A stretch of 44,044 nt of DNA from positions 1 to 44,044 of the forward strand of contig CAZTVG010000005.1 of NCBI GenBank assembly GCA_964617015.1, written 5' to 3'. The position numbers and the translations under genes are program-made. Below, piece by piece: positions 23,337 through 32,941 of this stretch. Below the pieces are notes generated by a model. It was not told where the DNA came from, searched no databases, and saw only the letters and a program-made list of their open reading frames with translations. The stretch comes from Candidatus Woesearchaeota archaeon (lineage in GTDB: Archaea; Nanobdellota; Nanobdellia; Pacearchaeales; GW2011-AR1). The first letter of the stretch is position 1. Every line of letters begins with the position of its first letter.

Positions 23337-26015
23337 TCACCGTGTCAGGATGATAACCCCACGTTCGACTTGGTTAACGAGATCATCGAGCCTCTGTCCC
23401 ACATTCTGGTTCTTCAGCAGGTCATTCCTGGCAGCAGCCACGGCGACTGTCAACATCCTAACGCGCCTCGCGCTTCCCGGCTTCATTCTAAGGGCCCTTT
23501 TAAGAACCTCTGTTGTGGCTGGTTTAGACAGAATGGCTGAAGCCACCCAGGCGCTGAACAATCTTATATTCGCGCTGATAAACCCCGCAGGTCTGATGGG
23601 CTGAGAGAGGCTAGAGGCCACTTGCCCCCTAACCATAAGTCCACCAACGTCGGGCCTTGTCCCAGCGATGATAGTTGTATATAGGTCAAGATCCTTGAAC
23701 GTCGCCCAGTCGCTAGGTCTGAATATGTGCTCTAACTTCTTCCTCATGCCCCCAGTTAGCATTGTTGTTATCAACCCCTCCAGGCTACTTCGGTCAACAA
23801 TACTCTCGCCAGTCCCGCTGATCCGGGTCGCCCCGACCTGTAACTTGTTGTAAATCGTTCTCCTCAACAACTCCGCAACTGGCGAATCTTTCCCCCCGGA
23901 CAACGCGATCAGCTGCTGAACATCTGCCTCACTGGCTTTCTCAACAAACGCGAGGCCTCTCTCTCCACTAGTAAGGTGCTTATCGGCTATAAGTTTCATA
24001 AATGATGTATCGTATCTGGCGAGGGCGCTACCGTAAGCCTCAAACGCAGCCCTCTCGTTCTGGGTCATTAGAAGACCCAGAGACCTCTCATCACTCCTGA
24101 AAGCCTTGAGTCGGCCTACTATCTCCTCTGGCTTTGCCAGGAGGTCGAGTTTGAAAGCATCCTTGAGGGCAGTGAACCTCTCTGCACCGACAAGTCTCCC
24201 CATAGTTTGGAGTTCTGTAAAGTTTCCAGGCTTGAAGAACCTCCTGGCTATATCCTCAGGTGTGCTCTCGCGGAGGAACTTTCTTATGAAGTCCTTTCTC
24301 AGGATGTTCTCCCTGAACCTGTTGGCAAGCGATGCGGCTTTGTACGCTTGAACAAAGGGCTTCGTCGCTCCCAGTGGCTGATCCATACTCTTCGACAGGG
24401 ACTGCCACAGCCTCGTGGCCTCTCTTCTCATAAACTCGTCAGAGGAGCCCATGAGATCAAACAGCCTCCGTCTGAGATCCTTCATAATCTCGAAGGCGGT
24501 GAATGTTCCCTCTTTTGACTTGAACTCAGCAACCCTCGGATTCATCTTTCGGAGAGTTAGAATGACGCCAGCGAGTTCACCCCTGGGGGTCTGGCTGACA
24601 CGGACAGGTGGGACTGTCAGCGTAGCCCCAGTTACCCCCTTACCCACTAATTTGTTCGGGACCGTGAGTTTGTGTATTCCCTCTTTACCTAGAAGAGAAA
24701 TATCCACACTATCTGCCAGAAACCTAATCTCTTCTGCGGTCGCTGCCCTGGCGGGACCATCAGCAAGTGTGACCTTAAACATCCCCTCGCCCGCCGCCAG
24801 TGTACCGACATCTATCTCCCTGGCCAGTCTCTGAGGAGCATGAACATCATACACAAGTTTGCCAGTACGTCTTAGAGCATTCCCATACTTCCTGTCTACC
24901 CACACCCTAGACGTGTTCTTGAAATCCTCTAGGAGTCCGACTTGGACACCTCTTCCGGCTGCCTCAGGAGAGACGGGGGCCACCTGGGGACGAACAGCCT
25001 CGACCGACCTGGCCTGTACCCGCACGAGCGACTCAATCTCCACGTCACTGAGGGCCTCAAGACCTTCAGTCCTTCCCTTCTCAGTTAGAGTGGTCAACAG
25101 GGACTGCTCCTGTTTCGTTACCTCCCTGGCGGGCTTAGAAACCATGCCGCCAGACTGGGTAAATACAGCACCTATAGTTGGATTTTCAACAAGTTGACCA
25201 AACAGGGGAGGCTCAACACCAAGTCTCTCAGCTGCACCTGCCACTTCAGGAGCCTTTGGGAACGGTCTGAAAGCAGGCGCGATGGAGCGAGACCTACCTA
25301 TATCGGCAAGCACGGGAGCAACTCTCTTAGCAAGCCCGGCCGCCAGTGGAACTGCCTCAATCCCAGCGAATATTGCACCTCCAACTGCCCCCCTTCCGAC
25401 CACAGCGCCAAAACTTTCTTGTTCGAGGGGAACCCCAGTTATCAGCTCCTCAACTTGCTGCTGTGCAGACTGAACCTGTGTTCCAGCGAAGAAACCAACA
25501 GCTGTCCCAATTATCGGCATCGCCGCTGATCCCATAACTGCGCCAACAACGGGTTCACTAACAACAGATCCCAGGATGTTTCCTATATCCCCCGTTGTCC
25601 ATTTAAACTGGGGACTTACCTCACGGTATGGCTGGCTTGGGTCCGTCTTGAAGACGAGAGAGAACTCATCATCTGGGAGGAGGACAAGGCCCAAGGTTCC
25701 CTCTGGAAACGACGACTTAAACTTGGCTGCCTTCTCCCCAACGGTCTGCACTCTTGCCAGACCCATCCTGAACCATATATCATCCAGCCCTTCATCCGGT
25801 ACGAAGTCCCCCTTAAGAGCCTTGGATATAGCCTGATTGTAGGTTGACTCCCTTACCTCCTTCTCCCTCCTAAGACGTTCCTCCTCCTCAGGGTCGAGAG
25901 TGGGGAAGAGTGAGAACGTCCCCCTGGGCACCGGTCGGCCTCCAGGGTCTACTCTAGTAGAAGGTGGTCTAGCAACAGGACGCCTTCCCTCCGTTATTGT
26001 GAGGGTCCTAGGCAT
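23337..26015 (-). CDS. Large internal virion / DNA ejection protein (892 aa)
   Basis: Size, helical composition and position after two smaller ejection-like proteins, as in podoviruses. Confidence 0.6.
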   Translation of the reverse strand: MPRTLTITEGRRPVARPPSTRVDPGGRPVPRGTFSLFPTLDPEEEERLRREKEVRESTYNQAISKALKGDFVPDEGLDDIWFRMGLARVQTVGEKAAKFKSSFPEGTLGLVLLPDDEFSLVFKTDPSQPYREVSPQFKWTTGDIGNILGSVVSEPVVGAVMGSAAMPIIGTAVGFFAGTQVQSAQQQVEELITGVPLEQESFGAVVGRGAVGGAIFAGIEAVPLAAGLAKRVAPVLADIGRSRSIAPAFRPFPKAPEVAGAAERLGVEPPLFGQLVENPTIGAVFTQSGGMVSKPAREVTKQEQSLLTTLTEKGRTEGLEALSDVEIESLVRVQARSVEAVRPQVAPVSPEAAGRGVQVGLLEDFKNTSRVWVDRKYGNALRRTGKLVYDVHAPQRLAREIDVGTLAAGEGMFKVTLADGPARAATAEEIRFLADSVDISLLGKEGIHKLTVPNKLVGKGVTGATLTVPPVRVSQTPRGELAGVILTLRKMNPRVAEFKSKEGTFTAFEIMKDLRRRLFDLMGSSDEFMRREATRLWQSLSKSMDQPLGATKPFVQAYKAASLANRFRENILRKDFIRKFLRESTPEDIARRFFKPGNFTELQTMGRLVGAERFTALKDAFKLDLLAKPEEIVGRLKAFRSDERSLGLLMTQNERAAFEAYGSALARYDTSFMKLIADKHLTSGERGLAFVEKASEADVQQLIALSGGKDSPVAELLRRTIYNKLQVGATRISGTGESIVDRSSLEGLITTMLTGGMRKKLEHIFRPSDWATFKDLDLYTTIIAGTRPDVGGLMVRGQVASSLSQPIRPAGFISANIRLFSAWVASAILSKPATTEVLKRALRMKPGSARRVRMLTVAVAAARNDLLKNQNVGQRLDDLVNQVERGVIILTR

Positions 26016-27635
26016 CTACTGAGTTTCCTGTACAAGAACACCAAACGTTTCCATCGTTCCTGGAATATGGAAGATAAACTCGTCCCCTTCCCGTCTCAAG
26101 AATACAGCGTTCGGGTTGTGTTCCTTCGCCTTTGTGAGCACATCAGACGGAGGTGGCTGCCCACCTCTTCCCGCCGATCTTGCAGTTGAAGACAGTTTAT
26201 TAGCGAAGGCCTCGTCTACAAGAGGATTCTTCTCAAGCCACTTTTCAAACTCACTCTCCGCTGTACTTACATCGGCCCCGTGTTTCTTGTATAGTTGAGC
26301 CCTCTTTATTGCCTGCGCGTTCGTCCTTCGCATTAACTCGGTTATCAGGAGGACACCCTCTGGGGTAGTTGTCAGATTAGGAACAGCGTCTTGGATGAAT
26401 GTAAGCATCCTGTTTGTTATTCCTCTTGCAGCGGGAATGTTCTTAGCTACATCCAAAGCCAGAAGATTCCCGATTGACCTGATGGCCTCACCTGAGCCTG
26501 GCGCACCTAGTGGGATATCTCCAGGATCAACTCCAAGGAACCTTGCCACCTGTGCAGCCAATAGTCGTGTGTTACCCACAGCGCCAGGTTCAAACCCCTC
26601 TATTGCTTTCTCCATAGCTACCAACTGACCCTGCTGGAGTCTGGCAGCTGTCCCAGCTTCCTGAATTTCCACAGATGTCTTGGCCTCTGCTGTTCCCCTC
26701 GCCTTTTCAAATGCTCCCCTGCGTATCTGCTCAGGGTCTGTGACAACCTGAGTTATATCACGCTTAGATATAACTGAGTCTGGGATAGTTACCTTGACCG
26801 CTTCTCCGGTTTTAGGGTCGAGAGTTGTAACCAAGGACATCCCCTGCCCCTCCATAGAGGTAACATCGAAGGTGTCACCCTGCTTGAACGTTATCCCAGT
26901 CCCCGGCACAGAGAAGTCCCTCTGGAACACGACAGATCTAGGGGCTCCAAAGAGGGCAGGGTCGAACTCGTCTGGGGTTATTGAGGCTGCTCTCAACTCT
27001 ATATCCTTGGCTAACGCCTTGTACTGTGGACTGTCTGGGGGGAGCCTAGCTAGAACCTGATCGCGGACACGGAGTTCCAGGATTTGCCTCTCCCGTCTTT
27101 GTGGTGTCACTTCCTCCCCAGGGAAAATTCTTGGCTCTGGGAGTCTTGCCTCCTCAACTTCTGCTTTACCCCCGGCTGATATAACTCTCCCCTTCTGCCC
27201 TGTCACCTCAGCGAATGTTTGAGTTGCAAGTGTCTCAGCCTGCTGCCCCTGAATTGCCTTCTGCATTGTAAAGAATGCATTTACATCTCCTCCTGCACCA
27301 GATATTACAAGTCTCGCTGTTCCAACAGGATCATCTATCTTGCCTCTCTCCAGCAGAGATGTTATAGCTGTGAGTTGTTCATCCTTAGCAGCCTGAAGGA
27401 ACTTAGTAACATCCTTGAACGTGGCTGAATCTGGATCAACTCCAACTGCTCTCGCTCCAATCCTGAAGGCTGGACCGCGCTGTGATGGATCGAGCTTAAG
27501 GATGTCACTGAAAAGGTCAAGGAATTGTCCAGCCTTCTGACGCTGTGCCTGTTGTGCAGCTTCTCTGGACCCTGTGAATCCTTGGGCAAAGCCCTTGGCA
27601 AATCCCGCACCAGCTCCAAGGGCACCGTTACTCAT
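26016..27635 (-). CDS. Internal virion / DNA transfer protein (539 aa)
   Basis: G/A/Q-rich N-terminus; VPNLTTTPEG motif; ATGA-coupled. Confidence 0.6.
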   Translation of the reverse strand: MSNGALGAGAGFAKGFAQGFTGSREAAQQAQRQKAGQFLDLFSDILKLDPSQRGPAFRIGARAVGVDPDSATFKDVTKFLQAAKDEQLTAITSLLERGKIDDPVGTARLVISGAGGDVNAFFTMQKAIQGQQAETLATQTFAEVTGQKGRVISAGGKAEVEEARLPEPRIFPGEEVTPQRRERQILELRVRDQVLARLPPDSPQYKALAKDIELRAASITPDEFDPALFGAPRSVVFQRDFSVPGTGITFKQGDTFDVTSMEGQGMSLVTTLDPKTGEAVKVTIPDSVISKRDITQVVTDPEQIRRGAFEKARGTAEAKTSVEIQEAGTAARLQQGQLVAMEKAIEGFEPGAVGNTRLLAAQVARFLGVDPGDIPLGAPGSGEAIRSIGNLLALDVAKNIPAARGITNRMLTFIQDAVPNLTTTPEGVLLITELMRRTNAQAIKRAQLYKKHGADVSTAESEFEKWLEKNPLVDEAFANKLSSTARSAGRGGQPPPSDVLTKAKEHNPNAVFLRREGDEFIFHIPGTMETFGVLVQETQ

Positions 27636-28378
27636 TGGGGCCTACCGAAAAAGGAGCCACCAACCTGGCCGATCGCCTGGAAGATATCACCGAATAGGGA
27701 AGATCGGGTTGCCTGAGATTGAAGGTTAGCAGCTGTTTGGAATTGTCTCTGTTGTATCAGAGGGGAGACTGCAGAACCAAATCCCCCAGCGAGACTTCCA
27801 AAGCCTGACGCTATTGGCTGATCAGCCCCAGATATACCAAGGAGCCTGTTTATAAAGTCAGTTGTAAGTTGTTCATTTGAAGACTGCCTAGATATTCCAA
27901 GTTGCTCTGCTAATGTAAGATCCCCTCTGGAGGCAGATGAGAGGAGACCAGCTCTCCTCTCTCCAAACTCTCCCAGAGCCTCTATACCTGGTGAGGACGT
28001 TTCGAAACCAGGGCCAAGTTGCTTCCTGAGTCTCTCATTGAGGGTCAACTCCTGTTTTCCAAGTTCCCGGAGGAGAACTGGATCTATGGGCAACTCTCCT
28101 CTTTGAGCAGCCAAAGTACGCTGAAGGAAGCCCTCTTCTATCTCTGCTCTGAGAGCCTGAGTCGGGTCGTCAACCCTCTCGAACCCTGTGATATTACCTT
28201 CCTCATCGAGGATGGGTTGAATCCCTGCCTCCTCAAACAAGAACGGACTGAGGAGTTCCCTCTCTCTCTGCATTTCCTCAAGGACTGACCTTTGGAAACG
28301 GAGAGATTCAACCTGCTCCCGCTGGAGGGCCCGCTCCTCAGAGGATGGACCAGGAACAGTTACATCATCACCGCCCAT
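27632..28378 (-). CDS. Internal virion / pilot (ejection) protein (248 aa)
   Basis: MGG start, Gly-rich C-terminus, position after GNAT-like gene. Confidence 0.55.
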   Translation of the reverse strand: MGGDDVTVPGPSSEERALQREQVESLRFQRSVLEEMQRERELLSPFLFEEAGIQPILDEEGNITGFERVDDPTQALRAEIEEGFLQRTLAAQRGELPIDPVLLRELGKQELTLNERLRKQLGPGFETSSPGIEALGEFGERRAGLLSSASRGDLTLAEQLGISRQSSNEQLTTDFINRLLGISGADQPIASGFGSLAGGFGSAVSPLIQQRQFQTAANLQSQATRSSLFGDIFQAIGQVGGSFFGRPQ

Positions 28379-28813
28379 TTAGAACAACCTCCTATTGTAC
28401 CAGTACGCATCGTCTGTTATCGTATATGGTTTTATCTCAAATGCTCGTTCCACTAAATTCTTCCACTTCCTAGATCCAATGTGAATAAAAAACGTGTAAG
28501 AGTTAATCCCTGCAAGTTTTAGTATATTCTCATATGACTCAACAAGTCTTATCACTGTCATACCAGGGTTCTTCATGTCCTCAACTACTAAGGGATTGGC
28601 GAGGACCATCTTCTTAGTGGGACTTGTTGACAGAACCCCCACAACTGATCCGTTTCTCCTTGCCATAACAGTGGGGAAGCTGAGTTGGTCCACGTTTACG
28701 CCCCTGGAGCGGAGAAATGTGTGGCAGGTCCGGTAGTCCGCTGACGTAGTGGCGAGCCTGAAACTTGTCCCTTGTAGTATCATTATTCTCTTGTAGGTAG
28801 CCCGACTGGCCAT
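28379..28813 (-). CDS. GNAT-like acetyltransferase-fold virion assembly protein
   Basis: MARRNGSVVGVLS strand pattern and conserved position upstream of ejection genes. Confidence 0.4.
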   Translation of the reverse strand: MASRATYKRIMILQGTSFRLATTSADYRTCHTFLRSRGVNVDQLSFPTVMARRNGSVVGVLSTSPTKKMVLANPLVVEDMKNPGMTVIRLVESYENILKLAGINSYTFFIHIGSRKWKNLVERAFEIKPYTITDDAYWYNRRLF

Positions 28814-29280
28814 ACAGCCTTGAGGGCAGTCGGATTGGCGGCGCCGGCGATACTGGCCGCCACGGCCGAAAGATTCATGGTCTCCAGAGCCGCACGGTCA
28901 GCGGCGTGCTGGTCGGCGTCCGTGATCCGGCCGTCTAATCGCGCCCTATCTTCTTTACCTTGCAGAACGTTGAGTTTGAGTTCGCGTGCTCTTTGGATTT
29001 TCGCGGTGTGGATTTCCCGAGCCTTTTGCATGTCTACTTCTACCGATCCGCCACCAACAGGCCAGCGCCAGGCGTCGCGGAACCAACGGTCGGACGGAAG
29101 GACAGACCTCTCTACGATTTCCGCATTCACTGCACCGGGGTCTTGTACGGGCACCAACTCAGCGAGAATATATTGTAGTGCTGCAACCTCATTTCCGTCA
29201 AAGCGCGAGAGCATCTCTGGGCCGAGCTTACCGCGAATTTCAATCGAGCTGTTGGGGTATTCTAGGATAATACACTTCAT
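28783..29280 (-). CDS. Tail fibre assembly/chaperone-like protein (165 aa)
   Basis: FRDAWRW, VDMQKAREIH, ALKAVWP pattern; follows fibre-like gene. Confidence 0.55.
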   Translation of the reverse strand: MKCIILEYPNSSIEIRGKLGPEMLSRFDGNEVAALQYILAELVPVQDPGAVNAEIVERSVLPSDRWFRDAWRWPVGGGSVEVDMQKAREIHTAKIQRARELKLNVLQGKEDRARLDGRITDADQHAADRAALETMNLSAVAASIAGAANPTALKAVWPVGLPTRE

Positions 29281-29729
29281 TACTGGTCTCCAAATGCAGC
29301 GACAAACACGGGACCATCTGGATCAACCTTAGCTGGAGTGGCCTGGTCGTCAACTGTTCTGACTGTGGTGCTCGCAGCTGACTCGGCTATAATAACGGGA
29401 TGGACCTTGGGGGCGCTTGTGTGATGAACGCTGAAAAGGGGGTAATAACTAGAAGAGAAGTCTGTTGCCCAATTAACCCTCCACTCCCCCACAGAAACGT
29501 CTGTTACATCAGTCACGTTCTTGCTGGTGTTAACTACTGCCGCAATGGTGAAGTTGGCCAACCCCTTAGCTACACCTGGACTATGTTGGATAAGGTCGGG
29601 CGGCGCGTAAGTGTCCTCATTCGTCTCTGCCTCAAGGGCGGCCTGTGTCGCCTGTAAAATATTTCGTACTCCTGCAAGATTGAGGAGCCTCTTAAAATCT
29701 GCAAGTGTAAACCTGTTAAGTATCCCCAT
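29280..29729 (-). CDS. Short tail fibre-like protein (149 aa)
   Basis: HSPGVAKG...VTDVSVGEWRVNW...VFVAAFGDQ beta-rich C-terminal domain. Confidence 0.5.
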   Translation of the reverse strand: MGILNRFTLADFKRLLNLAGVRNILQATQAALEAETNEDTYAPPDLIQHSPGVAKGLANFTIAAVVNTSKNVTDVTDVSVGEWRVNWATDFSSSYYPLFSVHHTSAPKVHPVIIAESAASTTVRTVDDQATPAKVDPDGPVFVAAFGDQ

Positions 29730-30097
29730 CAGGTTGTATACCTATTCACATACCCGAAGATGTTAACTGCACCTACCACAGTCACATACGCCTTAATAAC
29801 CTTGGCGTTTCTGAGTACCAGTCCAGGTATTACGAGCTGAAGACCTATTAAAGGCCCACTGGGGAGCGTCTCTGTATATCGACTTCCAGTTGCAGTAGTT
29901 GGACCGATGGCAAATGAGATATCCCTTGGCGCCCCAGATGCGCTATTCCACGCCCTAATGTATACTTCGTCTATACTGTCGGCCGCACCAGTGACAGCGG
30001 TGTGGATAACCGTTCCAGTGGAGGGAGTGAGTCCTGTAACTGGTATCCCTTCTCCATCTGTACTACCAGACAGAATTATTTTAGCCCAGACCCCCAT
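29729..30097 (-). CDS. Small Thr/Gly-rich virion protein (122 aa)
   Basis: LSGSTDG...GTVIHTA...DEVYIRAWN; TGATG-coupled. Confidence 0.55.
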   Translation of the reverse strand: MGVWAKIILSGSTDGEGIPVTGLTPSTGTVIHTAVTGAADSIDEVYIRAWNSASGAPRDISFAIGPTTATGSRYTETLPSGPLIGLQLVIPGLVLRNAKVIKAYVTVVGAVNIFGYVNRYTT

Positions 30098-30102
30098 TTG
30101 TT

Positions 30103-30546
30103 TTACCCTCTAGAACTAGCGAGTCTCAACCGAAAGCCCTCTCTCGACTCTAACTCGCTATCAGTAAGGACACCTCTCCAACGGCGCACGTGCTCGACAT
30201 CGTAAAGGCTGGCCGTATACTCAAGAGCGATTTGCGCCTGAAGCCTCTTGATGCACAGATAGGGGAAGACAGAAAGAAGGAAGTTGGCTGCTTTTAGACT
30301 TGCCACTTTCCACCCATAACACAGTTTGTTTCCAAGACGACCTTTGGGCGACATCTTGTGAACACTTCCTCCGAACTTCATCTCCAATGCCTCTAGGATC
30401 GGTAAGTGAGTGTTAGTAACACCAACCTGCAAGGTGTATATAGGGGACTTCCACGGTCCATGAGGTTTTGTCTTCGTTATACTAATATGCCCCTCACCAT
30501 CGAACAATCCGGCAAAGTAAGACAAAGTTAGGGCGTCGTTGTCCAT
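30103..30546 (-). mobile_element. Free-standing single-motif LAGLIDADG homing endonuclease
   Basis: YFAGLFDGEGHI motif, VGVTNT, KFGGSV, VFPYLCIKRLQA. Confidence 0.85.
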
Positions 30547-30863
30547 TACGAAAACGCCTCCATTGCAACCTTATTACTCTGTTCCGCCATCACAGGGGAT
30601 GTCACATACCACTGAGCTGTCCCCTTCATCTCCTTGAGGATCGCGCGCAGGCGCTCAAACTCCCCTGACTGGGCCGTGGCAAGACTCTCACTTCCAACCT
30701 CCCCAGGGTCAACAGTCGACTGCATCTCTGTAACGTTCTTAGAGAAGTCGTCCTGCTGAGTTGGAATGCCGTTATCTATGTGATTTTGGTGGTCACTATT
30801 GTAAATGGACGCCGTTAGGGTCGTTCCCGTCGCACGAGTTGTATGGGAGTAGAGAGCAACCAT
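30546..30863 (-). CDS. Tail fibre anchor-like virion protein (105 aa)
   Basis: YSHTTRATGTTLTASIYNSDHQNHI; position downstream of the nozzle gene. Confidence 0.5.
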   Translation of the reverse strand: MVALYSHTTRATGTTLTASIYNSDHQNHIDNGIPTQQDDFSKNVTEMQSTVDPGEVGSESLATAQSGEFERLRAILKEMKGTAQWYVTSPVMAEQSNKVAMEAFS

Positions 30864-30864
30864 C

Positions 30865-31323
30865 TCAGATCACCTGGTTTCCAATTTCCACTACCTTCAC
30901 TGGCTTCCTGCCACCTACAACGTCCCACCGAGTCGCGCCGCGACCACTCTTCTCATCATCCCACCACTGGTCGAGGTCGGAGACATACACGTCGTTAGCT
31001 TCCTCTAGTGTCAGCCTCTCCGCACACCTCCTGCACAGACTGGTGACATGAAAGCTACCATCATCAAGTTCAAATTTCACCTCAACATACCTCGGGAAGC
31101 TCGCCAGAATCAAGGCTTTATACACCACGGTTCTACCTCCTAGAACCTCAGTTCTAATAGGCTCTTCATCCTCTACCCTCCCTCTGATTTGACCTCTGCA
31201 CAGGAAGCAAAAGGTTCCCTCCTCAAACCCCCGTTTGTTCCAGACAACATAGGTGAGATCCTTACGACCCTTCCTCTTACGTGCCTCCATTATCCTTGAT
31301 ACAACCTTACCTGGTATCGACAT
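30865..31323 (-). CDS. Hypothetical protein with two CxxC pairs (152 aa)
   Basis: CFLC and CRRC; TGATG-coupled to upstream gene. Confidence 0.55.
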   Translation of the reverse strand: MSIPGKVVSRIMEARKRKGRKDLTYVVWNKRGFEEGTFCFLCRGQIRGRVEDEEPIRTEVLGGRTVVYKALILASFPRYVEVKFELDDGSFHVTSLCRRCAERLTLEEANDVYVSDLDQWWDDEKSGRGATRWDVVGGRKPVKVVEIGNQVI

Positions 31324-32906
31324 CAGAGCCTCTCGTCCATAGGAGTGAAGTGGAGATAGAAACGGGAAACCGAGAAGTCCTGTGCAGCTCCGTTGTTCTT
31401 CCCAATTATGGAGAACCTCCGTCCGCTACCAGTTATCCTACGCTTCTTGTTGAGAATCTGGTCCCCACCAAGTTTGTCAGTTCCGAGGACGAAACTCCCC
31501 AGATCCGCACCAGTTGAACCCATGTTAAACGTGATTGTCTCTGCGTCCTCACCATCCCAGACGGTTGTGACATTCAGATTCCAGTTCCCCTTCGGCTCAA
31601 CAACGAGTTCCAGGAAGTGCCCCTTCTTTCTCACTGTCCCAAGCACAGGATCGAGGTCAGAGAAGTCCAAGTGCGGAGACTGAAACTGCCCCACGTATCC
31701 AGCTCCATCCTTTGAGGCAGTCTCCTCATCCATTGTTCTAACAAAGCCCGCGTCATCTCCAGACACAGGGCGCTCGACGTTATCCCCATCCTGACGGAGC
31801 CAGAGCGACTCAGTTGTATCCCGTGTGTCGAAGTGGAACCTGGGAAGGTCAAGGCGGTTAAAATCAACGACCAACATGCGAGTGTTAGTTGTACTTCCAG
31901 CTCCCGCCACCGCGAACATCGCTTGCCGCTTGGCAACATAGTATACAGCCTGACACTTCTCCAACTGATCCAGTGCAACATTCTCCCTGACGAACGGCCC
32001 CATATCTCCACGTTGGGAGAGATTTATACTTCCAAGGTTCCCGAACTCAGTGACAGTTGATATGAGGTGGAGGTTTCCCCCTATATCTATAAATAGAAGA
32101 TCATTGTCTATCGCAATCGCCCCACGAGGACTAACACCACCAATCCGTCTGTTCAAGCGGCGAACCTTCCAGTTTGCTATAGTTGGATCGGTTGTGTCAA
32201 CGTAATACACACCAACAGGGAACTTCCAGCAGACAATAAGACCCTTAAACGAGATCGCGCCAATAAGGCGTTCACCCTCCCCAGGGAATATGGCAATTGT
32301 ACCTGATCCAGAGCCGGCGAAGTCCTCATGGTCGGCTACGATAGAGTAGTAGAGTCTATGAGGGTCGTTTGCATTTCCCCCTCCCCAAATTCTATCTTCG
32401 TGGTTCAGACCGAAGATTGGTTGGTTTGCACCTGACCAGTCGGCAGGAGGAGTTGTTATATCTGATGTGGTTGCTCCATCTTCTGATAGAACCTGGACGA
32501 CATTCTTCTCAGTGAAGATAAACAACTTTCTGTTGTTCGCGGCTACCTCTGCACCACCTTCAACGAAGATCGGCACAACACTTGATACAGTCAGTCCGGT
32601 CTTGAGAGTGGTAGCAAAGTCCTTGCCACCGCTGTCCTTATAGATCTTCCCATCAGAGGTGACAATAACCATCCTCTGTGTGCCAGCGGTTGGGAACCAG
32701 TCATGCCCGGCAATAACCGAGGGCGCGCCGGTCAGGGCAGTTGAATTGTATTTAGACGCCCCCCCGATCTTCCTTAATGTTCCATCCTCAAAGGTGATAC
32801 TGTCAGCAACCAAGAGCTGAGAGGGTCTAACCTGGGTCATGTTTTTAGTCCCGGTTAGACCGTCTACACCGAGGGGGAGTTGTGCAATTCGTCCAGTGAA
32901 CGCCAT
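31323..32906 (-). CDS. Tail tube/nozzle (DNA stabilisation, P22 gp10/T7 gp12-like) protein (527 aa)
   Basis: Beta-propeller-like composition, HRLYYS, position after adaptor. Confidence 0.65.
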   Translation of the reverse strand: MAFTGRIAQLPLGVDGLTGTKNMTQVRPSQLLVADSITFEDGTLRKIGGASKYNSTALTGAPSVIAGHDWFPTAGTQRMVIVTSDGKIYKDSGGKDFATTLKTGLTVSSVVPIFVEGGAEVAANNRKLFIFTEKNVVQVLSEDGATTSDITTPPADWSGANQPIFGLNHEDRIWGGGNANDPHRLYYSIVADHEDFAGSGSGTIAIFPGEGERLIGAISFKGLIVCWKFPVGVYYVDTTDPTIANWKVRRLNRRIGGVSPRGAIAIDNDLLFIDIGGNLHLISTVTEFGNLGSINLSQRGDMGPFVRENVALDQLEKCQAVYYVAKRQAMFAVAGAGSTTNTRMLVVDFNRLDLPRFHFDTRDTTESLWLRQDGDNVERPVSGDDAGFVRTMDEETASKDGAGYVGQFQSPHLDFSDLDPVLGTVRKKGHFLELVVEPKGNWNLNVTTVWDGEDAETITFNMGSTGADLGSFVLGTDKLGGDQILNKKRRITGSGRRFSIIGKNNGAAQDFSVSRFYLHFTPMDERL

Positions 32907-32915
32907 TTCAACTGC

Positions 32916-32938
32916 CTTTGATTAAAATTCGTTCAAAC
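32916..32938. repeat. 23-bp repeat, copy 7 (reverse orientation)
   Basis: CTTTGATTAAAATTCGTTCAAAC followed by GAACTAG; between adaptor stop and nozzle start. Confidence 0.9.
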
Positions 32939-32941
32939 GAA

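Noticed and set aside
30097-30550. Group I intron around the LAGLIDADG ORF
   Set aside because: The ORF abuts both neighbours (1-nt overlap and 5-nt gap), leaving no space for an intron core.
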